IMG/VR virus record: IMGVR_UViG_3300017971_000207
Location: 64,001 to 128,000 of that record
DNA length: 64,000 nucleotides
Direction: 5' to 3' (one strand)
DNA from: a virus
Part shown: positions 37,368 through 47,123 of the stretch, piece by piece
Layout of the letters: each line of letters begins with the position of its first letter
Numbering within the stretch: the first letter of the stretch is position 1
The notes under the pieces: generated by a model
What the model saw: the letters and a program-made list of their open reading frames with translations, nothing else
Told to the model about the DNA's origin: nothing
Databases searched by the model: none
Made by a program: the position numbers and the translations under genes

Positions 37368-39671
37368 CTATAGCGAGCTAACGTCGCCTCGGGCGAAGTA
37401 GAGCTCATGCTTAGCGCGAGTGATGGCAACGTAGAGCAGGTTGTGCTCCTCGTCTGCAGGGGGCTTACCGCACCACCACTGGAGATAGGTATCGCGGAGC
37501 ACGAAAACGCGATCTCGCTCCAACCCTTTAGCCTTATGGGTGGTGGACAAGGTTACGCGGGAGCGTGCATCATCGTCGTCGCAGAAGAACTGATCGATGC
37601 GTTGCTCCAGCTCCCGGATAGAGGAGGCACCTTCCATGAGGGCGAGCATGCAGCGGCGCTTATCATCCAGCAGCCCGGTGTCGCCCGGCGGCTCCTTACT
37701 TTCTAGGCGCTCTGTCTCCTTGTCGTACCAGTCCTGCAGCCACGTCTGCAGCTCCCCTAGCGTTCGGGCCTTGGATCGCTCGATAAGCTTCAGCAGCACC
37801 GCGCTGAACCGACGCCCGAGAATACCGGCAGGGCGCTTGTCCAGCAGGAGCTTGAGGCAAAGGCGGATCAGGGGAGCGTTGGTCCGAGAGAGGACGAAGT
37901 CTCCCGGCCTGGCATCCCGGAAGAGGTCCTCCACGGCGCACTTCTTGACGAGGCCCTCGGGACGACCTGGCTCGACCTCCAGGTCTGGGACAATGCGCTG
38001 AGCTTCTCGGACAATCGCCGCGTCGCAGCGGTAGGTGATGGGGAGCGGGAGGACCTTAGCGTTGAGGCGCTGAATGATACGGGGGATTGAATGGGAATCG
38101 GCGCCGCGGAACAGATATATAGAGTTGAGGACGACCACACCATTGGCGGCGTAGCTGTGATCCTCCTCCACATCGAGGGAGAAGACGGGACCCTCGTAGC
38201 TGCTCACCTCTACACGGTCGACAGGCTCCCAGCGGTTCTGTCCGTCAGGTAGAGGTAGGGACATGAGACCAGGCTCTACGTTCGATGCGAACACTTTGAA
38301 GTAGGTCGCACGTCCCTGCTTAGCTCGGACGTCCGGCATATCTGGCCACGGATACAAAGGGAGAGCTAGCTCGCGATTATGGTCCGAGAGAGCTGCAAGT
38401 CCTCGGCCCGTGTTGCTGTCAGCTACCGCGTCGAAGAGTCGGCGGATGGTATCCTCTGTAATGTGGTTTGCCCCGTGTACGGGCTCAAAGGTCATGGTAG
38501 GGAGGCCGTACCGCGCCGCCACCACACTCTCGTAGAGGCTGGCCTCGGTGCGGTCATTGTGAGTACGCAGTATCCAGGTCTTGTCCGCCTGCTCCATGCG
38601 TGCACGGTGCGCTAGATGAAAGATGCGTGCGTTGCTGGAGGTGGTGAAGAGCTGGCACCACCCGACGCGGAAGCCGTACCCTTCTCGCCACATCAGGTAG
38701 GTTACACAGGTCTTCACGGTACGGTCTGACCAACGGCAAAGCAGTTTGTGGTTGGGAGTCATCGGCACGTCTCGCCCGGCAACACCGACGGTGCGGAGAG
38801 CACCGCTGTAGGGGCGCTGGGCTATTCTGTAGTGGCGTCCCCCCACCATCCTCTGCGCGTTGCGACTCCACCCAGCAATGGTCGCGCCTGTGTTACTCTC
38901 GGGCGCTAATAGCTCAATGGGAACCTCCGCACCTGTGTGATCTATCTGCACACGAACGCCGGGCGGGTGGCACTGCCGGTCATCCCCTACAGCGCAGATG
39001 CGTCCCCCGCGCCCGCAGGCGCGCAGGGCCAGCTCGACCTGAGCGCGATTGAGATCCTGGGTCTCGTCCACGAAGACGTGCTTGTACTTGGGGGTCTGCA
39101 TGCGAAGCTTGACGGGCATCCAGATCATGTCGTCGAAGTCGTAGGTCTTCTGGTCCTCCAGACACACCTTCAACATGAGCAAGATACCTTGGATAAATTG
39201 CTTCCGCTCTCGGTCCCCATCACCGTAGTAGAGATCAAAAGCGTCTATCAGGTTGTCTAGCTCCTGCGGCTCCTCTACCAGCAACCCCTTGGCCTTTGAC
39301 ACAGCATCCGCCAGGCTCCGCTTCACATCCCAGGCAACGTCGTAGTACCAGGGAAGGTGCTCCTTCATCAGGCGAAACACCTTCCGCTGGTCCAGCTCCG
39401 CCGAGTTACCCCACGCCTTCCACAGTATCCCGCGCCCAAAAGCGTGCAGAGTCTTGATATTGGGGCCCCGCGGCGCCCTAGACTCCATCTCCTCGCGAAT
39501 CGCGCGGTTAAAGGCCACCACCAAGGTGCGATGGTTGCGCTTCGGTAGGTGACGCAGAGACTCGATAATCGTTGCTGTCTTTCCAGACCCCGCCCGAGCA
39601 AGCACAACGGTGTGTCCGTTGCCCGCCTTGGCGTCCTCAAAGACCGCTTCCTGATACTTGCTCCACTGCAT
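37368..39671 (-). CDS. UvrD/Rep-like SF1 helicase with intein
   Basis: ARAGSGKT, TLHAFG, VDETQD, VGDDRQ|SIYLFRG, STTHKAKGLE, LYVAITRAK. Confidence 0.93.
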   Translation of the reverse strand: MQWSKYQEAVFEDAKAGNGHTVVLARAGSGKTATIIESLRHLPKRNHRTLVVAFNRAIREEMESRAPRGPNIKTLHAFGRGILWKAWGNSAELDQRKVFRLMKEHLPWYYDVAWDVKRSLADAVSKAKGLLVEEPQELDNLIDAFDLYYGDGDRERKQFIQGILLMLKVCLEDQKTYDFDDMIWMPVKLRMQTPKYKHVFVDETQDLNRAQVELALRACGRGGRICAVGDDRQCHPPGVRVQIDHTGAEVPIELLAPESNTGATIAGWSRNAQRMVGGRHYRIAQRPYSGALRTVGVAGRDVPMTPNHKLLCRWSDRTVKTCVTYLMWREGYGFRVGWCQLFTTSSNARIFHLAHRARMEQADKTWILRTHNDRTEASLYESVVAARYGLPTMTFEPVHGANHITEDTIRRLFDAVADSNTGRGLAALSDHNRELALPLYPWPDMPDVRAKQGRATYFKVFASNVEPGLMSLPLPDGQNRWEPVDRVEVSSYEGPVFSLDVEEDHSYAANGVVVLNSIYLFRGADSHSIPRIIQRLNAKVLPLPITYRCDAAIVREAQRIVPDLEVEPGRPEGLVKKCAVEDLFRDARPGDFVLSRTNAPLIRLCLKLLLDKRPAGILGRRFSAVLLKLIERSKARTLGELQTWLQDWYDKETERLESKEPPGDTGLLDDKRRCMLALMEGASSIRELEQRIDQFFCDDDDARSRVTLSTTHKAKGLERDRVFVLRDTYLQWWCGKPPADEEHNLLYVAITRAKHELYFARGDVSSL
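38124..38972 (-). mobile_element. Intein (283 aa, ends LN, non-LAGLIDADG insert)
   Basis: CHPPGV...TPNH...VFSLDVEEDHSYAANGVVVLN|S. Confidence 0.88.
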
Positions 39672-39797
39672 GTGCGTTGCTCCTATCGCTCGCATAAGAT
39701 GCTCGACCCTACCACATAAGGAAAAAGTTGTCAACAGTGTGAAAAACTGCCCCAGCTTTGTCAGATTGGGAGGGTGTCTGTTCGTCCTGCAGACACC

Positions 39798-40145
39798 ATG
39801 ACGAAGCTAATCAATCTCACCCCACACCCTTTAACCCTTAGAGACGCCAACGGCGAGGACACTGTGATCCCGCCCTCCGGAGCTGTTGCTCGTGTAGCGA
39901 TGGTTGCCGGTGCGCTGGAGCACGTTGAGGGCGTCCCCATCCCCATCGCTGGCGCAGATCAACCCGGCCCCGTCCAAGGGCTCGGAGAGCCGCGGCCTGG
40001 TGTTCTATACATCGTCTCGGCGATGGTTGGGTCCTATTGTCGAGGGCGCCACGACGTGGTTGTCCCCGGCACGGGGCCGGCCGACGGTGCAATCCGAAAT
40101 GCCAAGGGGCACATAGCTGCTGTGACACGGCTTAAGAGGGTTTAG
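39798..40145 (+). CDS. Phage hypothetical protein (NLTPH N-terminal motif)
   Basis: LINLTPH...IPPSGAVARV...LYIVS; globular-looking ORF. Confidence 0.65.
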   Translation: MTKLINLTPHPLTLRDANGEDTVIPPSGAVARVAMVAGALEHVEGVPIPIAGADQPGPVQGLGEPRPGVLYIVSAMVGSYCRGRHDVVVPGTGPADGAIRNAKGHIAAVTRLKRV

Positions 40146-40151
40146 GCGCGG

Positions 40152-40195
40152 GCTCGGGCAGGTGGGGTAGCGGACCCACCTTGGCCTGCCCGAGC
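40152..40195. terminator. GC-rich hairpin between convergent genes
   Basis: GCTCGGGCAGG...CCTGCCCGAGC. Confidence 0.45.
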
Positions 40196-40406
40196 ATCTC
40201 CAGCAGCAGCGTATGAGCCACAGCATACTCGTTCACAAGGTCCTGGTCCGGAGCTGTCGGGCACCCCTTCGCGGCCTGCAGAGCTGCTTGCCAGCGACGG
40301 ATGATCTCTACTGCCCGAGGTCATCGAGGCGAGCCCTCGGGCAGCTCAAGCTTCGCCTCTACCTTAGCGCGGCGAAGTCGCTCTGCGCCGAGGTCCACAA
40401 GCTTGC

Positions 40407-40610
40407 TCATGCAGAGTTCTTTGAGGCTAGAGAGGGGATTCGCGGCAGCAGTGCTAGCCGACGGATGAAAGGGGGCAGCGGAGGCAGCGGCGGTATCTGC
40501 GGCAAGACGGCGTCGTGGTTGTGCAGCCTAACCTTGGCCATCTCCAGCCGATGCTCTGCTAGCTCGACCTCGTACTCCAGCTCCTCACGCTTGTCATCGT
40601 GCGTCATCAT
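40407..40610 (-). CDS. Small hypothetical protein
   Basis: AGGAG RBS; acidic helical N-terminus. Confidence 0.45.
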   Translation of the reverse strand: MMTHDDKREELEYEVELAEHRLEMAKVRLHNHDAVLPQIPPLPPLPPFIRRLALLPRIPSLASKNSA

Positions 40611-41136
40611 CTACTCCTAGCAGCTTGAGGGCCCGCGAGACATGCTCATCCGTGAGCCCCCCACCATACATGTCAGTCCGAATAAAACGCTCGCCAAGCG
40701 CTCGCGTCATGTCCTCGTCATCGATGGCCACCCACTGCTTAACGGGAACCCGCTTTAGCCACGCGAGGACGGCCTCTGCGCGTGTTGTTCGGTGGTAGGT
40801 GTCCGCATCTATCCCCTCTGTCACAACGGCGCCTATGACCCGCTCAGGGCTCCGCAAGCCTCGGTCGTAGAGGATGGAGGCGAGGTAGGGTACCGGCTCC
40901 TTCCAGGCCCACGAGGTACTGAGGACGATTGAGGCGTCTGCACGCTCCACCAGGCCCGAGAGGCGCGCCACCTTGGAGGGGTCGAGAAACTGCAGGTCCT
41001 CCAGCATCCCGCCCAAGTAGTTGGGGAACTCCTGCTGGATCGCATCGAGTGGTTGCTTTCGGGCAGAGGCGTTCCAGTCCTCGTCGTTCAAGACGCCATC
41101 GAAATCGAGGAACACTACTCGGAGGGGCTTACGCAT
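40594..41136 (-). CDS. HAD-superfamily protein (Swiss-Army-Knife RNA-repair-like HAD)
   Basis: FLDFDGVLN, IVLSTSW, AIDD. Confidence 0.85.
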   Translation of the reverse strand: MRKPLRVVFLDFDGVLNDEDWNASARKQPLDAIQQEFPNYLGGMLEDLQFLDPSKVARLSGLVERADASIVLSTSWAWKEPVPYLASILYDRGLRSPERVIGAVVTEGIDADTYHRTTRAEAVLAWLKRVPVKQWVAIDDEDMTRALGERFIRTDMYGGGLTDEHVSRALKLLGVDDDAR

Positions 41137-41549
41137 CGGAGCATCTCCTCCGTTCGTACTACCAGGTCCGACAGGTCCAGCTCCAGTCCAGCCACATCGC
41201 ACTGCGCGGCTGCATGTAGCAGGACGGTACGTACCCCGCGGGCGGGGTCGACCCAGCGGCTAAGCTTCTGTGCACCAATAAGTCCCAGCAGGGACCAGAT
41301 ACGGAAGGCGGCCGACACCGCCACCTCCTTATCCTCCAGCGCCTTGACGACGGCTAGCATCATCCTGTTTATTGGGTGGTCCGTAAGCTTCATCTCGACC
41401 CCATCTAGCTCGAAGCTCTTACCAAGCTCGATCGGCACCACGTTGCCGCTGGCAATGGCCTCGTTTGCGGCATCCCATGCGACCATGAAGCTCTCGATGG
41501 AGACCGCTTTGATCTCAAGCATCATCCACCTCGCTGTAGCCTCCCCCAT
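41115..41549 (-). CDS. Hypothetical protein (start uncertain)
   Basis: The 3' part of the 247 aa ORF looks like a real coding sequence. Confidence 0.5.
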   Translation of the reverse strand: MGEATARWMMLEIKAVSIESFMVAWDAANEAIASGNVVPIELGKSFELDGVEMKLTDHPINRMMLAVVKALEDKEVAVSAAFRIWSLLGLIGAQKLSRWVDPARGVRTVLLHAAAQCDVAGLELDLSDLVVRTEEMLRCVSPSE

Positions 41550-42054
41550 GCTGGAGCACGGATAGGCTAACGAGGCGAGCAAGAATAAATCGGACCAGGT
41601 GCTGCCGACGGATGGTCTCGCCCACATCCTCGCACCAGCGTTGCCCGCTCTCCAACTGCGCACCGCAGACCACCAGATTAGGGGGTGGCTTAGCCCAATG
41701 CGGCACCACCATGAGCACCTCCTCAGCACGGCGCCCATCAAGCTCAGCCTTGAGCCGCAAGGGCTTAGCGCCAGGCTCTGCCGGGATACACGGCCGCAGC
41801 CCGTCGGCCAGCGACCGCAGCTTACCGTCGATCGCTTTGACACGGTCGGCAATCCCACAGCAACGACAGCGCCCCGTGCGACCGTCCGAGAGCAGCTCCC
41901 AGTCGTGTCCTGTAGCTTCCGCTAAAGGCGGCACCAAGCCGCGGAGGCGCTCATCAATGATGCGCCGAAGGGTGTGCAGGAGGTCCTCGTCGCCTTCCTG
42001 GCGTTGCTCCTCCAGCAACGCCCAGATCTTTTCGTCGTCGGTCATACAGCTCAT
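41515..42054 (-). CDS. Hypothetical protein
   Basis: TTGACC-17-TAGTAT promoter directly upstream. Confidence 0.55.
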   Translation of the reverse strand: MSCMTDDEKIWALLEEQRQEGDEDLLHTLRRIIDERLRGLVPPLAEATGHDWELLSDGRTGRCRCCGIADRVKAIDGKLRSLADGLRPCIPAEPGAKPLRLKAELDGRRAEEVLMVVPHWAKPPPNLVVCGAQLESGQRWCEDVGETIRRQHLVRFILARLVSLSVLQHGGGYSEVDDA

Positions 42055-42210
42055 AGGCACTGATACTACCACATAGGGGGCGGATGGTCAATCGGCGGCG
42101 CCTGCGGCCGTCCGGGGCAAAAGCTCCCTAGACCTCGTGGACCGACCAGCGACCAATTGTAGTCCGCAAGCTCCCTTGGAGAGCTCAGGGGAGTTTGGTA
42201 GACTCGGGGG

Positions 42211-42762
42211 ATGCTGCTGCAGGAGAAGATCAGGAGATGCGAGGATATCCTGGAAGCAGCCGGGCGTCCGCGGAGGCGGTACGCCCGGTGGGCGGAGGTA
42301 GAGGAGCTGGCGTCCGTGATCGCGGATAAGCTCCTGGTGTCTCTACTCTACGCTCGTGGCAGGGAGGCCAGCAGCGATTTTGGCGGCCTTGTCTCGGACC
42401 TTATCGAAGGCCCCTACGCCGCGCTCCTGATTCTCCGAGACGCTTTCAAGGCCGCCAAGATGACCAAGGTCTCAAGGGCGCTGGATGCTTGGGCTTCTAA
42501 GCACACTCCCATCCGGCCGGAGGAGGAGCTAACCGACAAGGAGCTGCGAAGGTCCGAGAAGGCTCTAAGCCGCGCCCAGACCCGCGCCGCCAACATTCGG
42601 GACGCCATACGCTTCGGGCGAAGGGAGAAGCTTTACGAGGTCGAAGATCTTCGAGTCGACCTGCTGGAGCTAACTCTGATGCTGGCAGATGTCCTTCCCC
42701 TGCTGGGCTACCATACTGGAGGCCGCACCCTGGCGCAGCTGGTCCACACCATCCAGCTTTAG
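42211..42762 (+). CDS. Helical hypothetical protein with the shared leader
   Basis: MLLQEKIRRCEDILEAA. Confidence 0.7.
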   Translation: MLLQEKIRRCEDILEAAGRPRRRYARWAEVEELASVIADKLLVSLLYARGREASSDFGGLVSDLIEGPYAALLILRDAFKAAKMTKVSRALDAWASKHTPIRPEEELTDKELRRSEKALSRAQTRAANIRDAIRFGRREKLYEVEDLRVDLLELTLMLADVLPLLGYHTGGRTLAQLVHTIQL

Positions 42763-42773
42763 GAGAGTCCGCC

Positions 42774-43298
42774 GTGGAACTGTATGAGAAGATCAAGAAG
42801 TGCCGAGACATCCTAGAGGCTCCCAGGCCCACCCTAGATATGCCGAGCTGGGAGGAGGTGGAGGTCGACCTCCGCGCCTCTCTGTCCGAGCTTGAGCTCG
42901 CGCTGTCCTACGCAGATGGACGTCGCCAAACATTAGGGGAGCCCACGTCACACGCGGTAGCCGCCGACGTACGCAACGCGGCTCTAGATCTCAGCGCCGC
43001 GATGAAAAGCGCGGGCCTCTGGAGGATCAATCGCGCCGTAGAGCGCTGGTATGACAACCACGTCGGCCGCCAGCCCGAGCGCGACGTAAGCCTGGCAGGT
43101 ATCCGCACCGCACAGCCAAAGCTGGCCGGGCTCCGCGCAGGTACCGAGGCAGTGCTAGGCAGCATTCCTAGGCTCCCCGATGTTGCTGAGCTTAGAGGAG
43201 ACCTGGCGACGCTCTTGCGTCTTTACGGCCCAATTCTGACCTCGTTGGGGTTCACCAGCGCGGGCGCAGATATTAGCAGAATTGCTCAAAGCGCTTAA
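42774..43298 (+). CDS. Paralogue of the preceding protein
   Basis: MELYEKIKKCRDILEAP; shares W.EVE, L.YA.GR and LR.DL..L...LG motifs. Confidence 0.7.
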   Translation: MELYEKIKKCRDILEAPRPTLDMPSWEEVEVDLRASLSELELALSYADGRRQTLGEPTSHAVAADVRNAALDLSAAMKSAGLWRINRAVERWYDNHVGRQPERDVSLAGIRTAQPKLAGLRAGTEAVLGSIPRLPDVAELRGDLATLLRLYGPILTSLGFTSAGADISRIAQSA

Positions 43299-43316
43299 AA
43301 GCGATAAGCAGTACAA

Positions 43317-43353
43317 ATAAAAGCGGCCCCGTCGGGGACCAGCCGACGGGGCC
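43317..43353 (-). terminator. Intrinsic terminator (possibly bidirectional)
   Basis: 11-bp stem GGCCCCGTCGG/CCGACGGGGCC followed by TTTTATTT on the minus strand, between convergent units. Confidence 0.7.
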
Positions 43354-43480
43354 TGTAGGAGAGTAACACACTACGTCAGCAAGCAACCGTGGGCATGCGG
43401 TTGCAGGCTGAGGAGGACACGCGATACCAACCTTTCGGGTACCCTCCTCAGCCTCCGAGGAGGCGTGCACTCGTTGGGGC

Positions 43481-43924
43481 TCAGCCCTCGTAGGTTCCTG
43501 GGTCAAGCTTGCGGGCGAGCTCGTCCAGACCATCCGCGAGCTGATCAACCAGCTTGTCGGTGTCCTCAGCAGGACCGCCAACCGGCCCTGTTTGGATCAG
43601 CTCCAGAAGCTCGTCTACGAGCTTGGCGGCCTCGGCTGTCTGCTCATTGGAGGCGTCGAGCGCCATCCGCACCAGCTGCAGATCAACCTGCTGCTCCACC
43701 AGGTGAGGCGCAAGCCCAGTGCTCCCACACTCCTCGCACGGGTCCTCAGCCCAGTAGCCCTTGGGATTGAACTCGTCCACCTCAAATGAGGTGGTGTTGG
43801 GATTGAGCCCTGAGCCCTTACAGGCGGCGCAGTGGGCCTTCGCCCGCTTACGGCAAGGATTATCCGCACGCAGCCGTGCGGCACGAGGGGTGGTGGGGGT
43901 GATTGTGATGTGGTCGTCGGTCAT
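43481..43924 (-). CDS. DnaJ-type Zn-finger small protein
   Basis: CAACKGSG...CEECGSTG. Confidence 0.6.
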   Translation of the reverse strand: MTDDHITITPTTPRAARLRADNPCRKRAKAHCAACKGSGLNPNTTSFEVDEFNPKGYWAEDPCEECGSTGLAPHLVEQQVDLQLVRMALDASNEQTAEAAKLVDELLELIQTGPVGGPAEDTDKLVDQLADGLDELARKLDPGTYEG

Positions 43925-43974
43925 GTCGTTGCTCTCCGTTGTTGTTTTAACAGTATACGGTAAGGCGGGGGTTG

Positions 43975-44301
43975 TCAAGGAATAATTCGCAGGAGGCGCT
44001 TGCACTGGCGGGTGAGGAACAGCTCGGTGCCAGGCTCTACGGCGCCGCGCTCTGCAGACCACTCCCCCTCAGCGTTCACCCACACGTAGCCGTTGGCGCG
44101 TGTGTACCCGCTAGTGCGTGCCTCCTTCGGTTCCCAATGGTACGCCGCCCTCACGAGCCCGAGGCGCTCAAAGACGAGATCCTCAACCTCTCGGGCCCTG
44201 GCACAGTCTTGCTCGTCGCCGTCGTTCAGACGGTCGACGCCCTCGGCGAGGGCACGGAGGATAGCGGGTGTTGTAGGAATGGTGGTGTTATTGTTGGCCA
44301 T
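43975..44301 (-). CDS. Hypothetical early protein
   Basis: GAGGAG RBS. Confidence 0.6.
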   Translation of the reverse strand: MANNNTTIPTTPAILRALAEGVDRLNDGDEQDCARAREVEDLVFERLGLVRAAYHWEPKEARTSGYTRANGYVWVNAEGEWSAERGAVEPGTELFLTRQCKRLLRIIP

Positions 44302-44320
44302 AGCTATATGCTCCTCTTTG

Positions 44321-44728
44321 CTAGCAAAACAGGTCTCCCGCCTCGACACGCAGCTCCTCCCCGGAGGGGAACGCCACGGTTACCTTACGGCGGTCGCGTC
44401 GGCTCCCCTTTACACGATCGTGCCACTTAACGACCTTTACCTCCACAGAGAACCCGCACCCTGAACACGGAGCCCGTCCGACAAGCTGGAGCTCTGCGCC
44501 TGGTGGGTGCGTCAGCTCCCCAAGCTCCGCACGAGCAAGGACGAAGGGCACGACCCAATCATGCCCTCCCTCTCGCACCACAAGCGCAGTCCCCTTTCGC
44601 GCTTTGGTACGCCCGCTCCGCGTCGTGTCGCGTTCATCGGGAAAGTAGATGGTGGCGCCGTTCGCTACGAGGGCATCGAGATCGTTACTAGAGGCGAGGT
44701 AGTAAAGAGGGAGGATTGGGTCGGTCAT
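44321..44728 (-). CDS. Hypothetical early protein
   Basis: AGGAG RBS. Confidence 0.6.
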   Translation of the reverse strand: MTDPILPLYYLASSNDLDALVANGATIYFPDERDTTRSGRTKARKGTALVVREGGHDWVVPFVLARAELGELTHPPGAELQLVGRAPCSGCGFSVEVKVVKWHDRVKGSRRDRRKVTVAFPSGEELRVEAGDLFC

Positions 44729-44821
44729 TGTGTGCTCCTAGCTGGTTGCTGGCTCTTCTAACGCCTCAAGCCCCAGGCTTTCGCTCTGGGGCGGCTCTCT
44801 AGCGCCTCGCGGCGCCGCACC

Positions 44822-45094
44822 TCAGCCGGTGCGGTAGGCGTTAGGCACATAGCGTGCCCCGCGCGCCTTGGCGCGGCCCGCCAACGCTTTCGCGAAGGCG
44901 TAAGGCGTGCCCGCAGGGGCCATGCACCCAAGGGTGCCATACTGGTGCTCTTCAGCACCTACCTGGCGGAGGTACTCCCCCCGCTCGGTAACCCACAGCT
45001 CCTCACCATCGAGGGAGCCGAGGAACTGGGCCTCGTCGGCCCAGCTAAAAAGGGTGGGGGAAACGTTGCGGGTGATGAGAGAAGCTGTAGCCAT
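44822..45094 (-). CDS. Hypothetical early protein
   Basis: GGAGG RBS, downstream of a repeated promoter. Confidence 0.6.
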   Translation of the reverse strand: MATASLITRNVSPTLFSWADEAQFLGSLDGEELWVTERGEYLRQVGAEEHQYGTLGCMAPAGTPYAFAKALAGRAKARGARYVPNAYRTG

Positions 45095-45144
45095 GGGAGA
45101 CCTCCAAGGGAAAGGGGTTGATGCGGGCCCGACGCCGCGCTGCG

Positions 45145-45211
45145 TTGTGAGTATAAGATACACACCCCAAACGATCCTGTCAAGGGGTGTGAGTAATCTT
45201 TTCTCACTTTT
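45145..45211 (-). promoter_or_regulatory. Repeated early promoter with upstream inverted repeat (copy 1)
   Basis: TTGACA-17-TATCTT; GTGAG-N9-CTCAC upstream of the -35. Confidence 0.85.
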
Positions 45212-45236
45212 TCTGGTTGCTCGGGCCGGAGGCGCG

Positions 45237-45584
45237 CTACAGGCCCCCCTCCTCGGGGTCGAGCAAGGCGCTCGCATCGGCTAGGCCCTCGTGCACCTTT
45301 GCCAGCAGATCCCAGGGGTCATCGTCGTCAGAGTCTGGGGACTCTAGTGCCGCAGCAACCAAACGCTCCAGGGCCTGCAGGCCCGAGAGGGCCTCGGCGG
45401 CTAGCGCGCGCTCCTCGCGCAGGATACGCGCTGTCTGTGTCAGGTCCTCCTGCGTACGGGCAATTGTAGGCGAGACTCCCGACCCTTCGCAGTCTGTACA
45501 TGGGTAGGAGGACGCGGGGTTGAGGAGCCCAGACCCCAGGCAACCGGGGCACAGGATCCCGTCGCGGATAGTGTGAAGAGCCAT
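45237..45584 (-). CDS. DnaJ-type Zn-finger small protein
   Basis: CPGCLGSGLLNP...CTDCEGSG; resembles 43481-43924. Confidence 0.6.
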   Translation of the reverse strand: MALHTIRDGILCPGCLGSGLLNPASSYPCTDCEGSGVSPTIARTQEDLTQTARILREERALAAEALSGLQALERLVAAALESPDSDDDDPWDLLAKVHEGLADASALLDPEEGGL

Positions 45585-45588
45585 GGGA

Positions 45589-45825
45589 TTACGCCACGCG
45601 AGCCTTGAGAGGGCAACGTTCGCCTGGGCACGGGGCGCCGCATCCGGGGCACCCCCCGGTGCCCTTAGCTGCGACACGGAGCTGCTCAGCCCATCCGGCG
45701 TCCTCCAGCGCCTCGTCGACGCTGGAATATGACCAGTCGCAGACGTAGACACGCTCGAAGTGTTCTACAGCCTCGGCAGTCGAGGTGTCCGATAGAGTCT
45801 GACATAGTGTTTGCTTGGTGGTCAT
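45589..45825 (-). CDS. Small hypothetical protein
   Basis: AGGAG RBS; Cys-rich C-terminus. Confidence 0.5.
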   Translation of the reverse strand: MTTKQTLCQTLSDTSTAEAVEHFERVYVCDWSYSSVDEALEDAGWAEQLRVAAKGTGGCPGCGAPCPGERCPLKARVA

Positions 45826-45913
45826 TACTGCTGCTCCTGATAGGGTTGCTCCTAACGGCTAAAGCCCCAGGCCCCATGATGAGGCTCTGAGGTTCAGCCG
45901 GCCAAGCAAGCTG

Positions 45914-46345
45914 CTAGCTCTTGAGCCGCCACACAGGCTCGCTGCCATCAAAGCAGCGTTTCGGGACCGACTCGATCAGGCGGTCGTCTACCAGAGACGA
46001 CCAGGCCATGTGCAAATCAACCCTATCGTAGCCGGAGGGGCTCATCCCCCAGAAGGTTCTTGGACCTTTGGCTAGAGCCGCCAGCATATGCTTGCGGATC
46101 CCAGCACGTTTGACCGCCACCTCTGCCGGGTCTTGGGGCGGGAACAGATCAGCAAAGCTGCAGCCGCTCCACTCAATGCGGCCGATACCGTCCGAGCTGA
46201 CCGCGTAGCCGAGCCCCTCCTCGGGGTGAGCCCCTACCATCTTGTGGGCGTAGAGCCTCGCCCACTTCAACCCCTTGTACACCCTGCGCCCACGAGCGCC
46301 GTCCACGGCGCTGTAGGTGATTGTGATATTGCTCCTGGTCCCCAT
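45914..46345 (-). CDS. Hypothetical early protein
   Basis: GGAG RBS, downstream of a repeated promoter. Confidence 0.6.
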   Translation of the reverse strand: MGTRSNITITYSAVDGARGRRVYKGLKWARLYAHKMVGAHPEEGLGYAVSSDGIGRIEWSGCSFADLFPPQDPAEVAVKRAGIRKHMLAALAKGPRTFWGMSPSGYDRVDLHMAWSSLVDDRLIESVPKRCFDGSEPVWRLKS

Positions 46346-46372
46346 GTGCTCCCTCCGTTGCTGGCTGCTGTG

Positions 46373-46437
46373 TTGTGAGTAAAGGATACTCACCCCATCC
46401 TGCCTGTCAAGGGGTTGAGTAACTTTTTCTCACTTTT
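46373..46437 (-). promoter_or_regulatory. Repeated early promoter (copy 2)
   Basis: TTGACA-16-TATCCT plus TGAGTAACTTTTTCTCAC. Confidence 0.8.
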
Positions 46438-46538
46438 GCTCGGAGCCTTAGCTATCCTCGTGCTCCAGGATTGACGCGAGGACTCCCAGCAGGACGATCA
46501 CAGCGAGCATTATTCCGACCTTGAGCATAGGAACGGGC

Positions 46539-47123
46539 TTATTCACCTGGTGGGGAATCTTGTGGATTGAGGAGGCTGGGCGGGACCCAGAAGGGTCGGA
46601 GGTCCTTGCGGAGATAGAGGGGGTGGCCGGGGTGATGATCCTTAGTCAGAGTGAGGCAGCTCAGGTCTCCATACCCTGCTAACAGCTTGGCCACTCGGGG
46701 ACCTTGGCCTCGAAGTGCCCCGTGTACGCCCCAGGCAGCAATCTGAAGGCCGTTTGCCTCGGTAACGGTCCGAGACCACCTGGCAAGCACCTCGTCGTTC
46801 TGAGGGCCCTCTGGGGCCGGAGAGGCATATAGCGCTTTCGGGTCGGAGGCGCGGAGGGCGAACAGGTTGCACACGTGGACGGCGTTAAAGCCCCAGCTAT
46901 GGGCGTACTCAACGCACCGGCGCACGGTGGGGTCGAGCTGCCGCTCGTCGGCCGTGCTCGGGTTGAGCATCACCCACAGAATAGGCTGGTCTGCGGGACC
47001 CCACCAGCGGCTCAGGTGGTATCGATAGAGCTCACAGTCCGAGAGGACCACCGAGCCGCGCGCGCTGTACCAAACACGGCCGCCAATCCTTACCGCCTCA
47101 AACTGATGCTGCCTCTCGATCAT
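46539..47123 (-). CDS. DUF1643 family protein
   Basis: YRYHLSRWW, MLNPSTA...DPTVRRC, NLFALRA, AAWG, HPLY. Confidence 0.88.
   Translation of the reverse strand: MIERQHQFEAVRIGGRVWYSARGSVVLSDCELYRYHLSRWWGPADQPILWVMLNPSTADERQLDPTVRRCVEYAHSWGFNAVHVCNLFALRASDPKALYASPAPEGPQNDEVLARWSRTVTEANGLQIAAWGVHGALRGQGPRVAKLLAGYGDLSCLTLTKDHHPGHPLYLRKDLRPFWVPPSLLNPQDSPPGE

Noticed and set aside
45189-45207. CRP/FNR site as the explanation of the promoter inverted repeat
   Set aside because: The spacing is GTGAG-N9-CTCAC rather than TGTGA-N6-TCACA.
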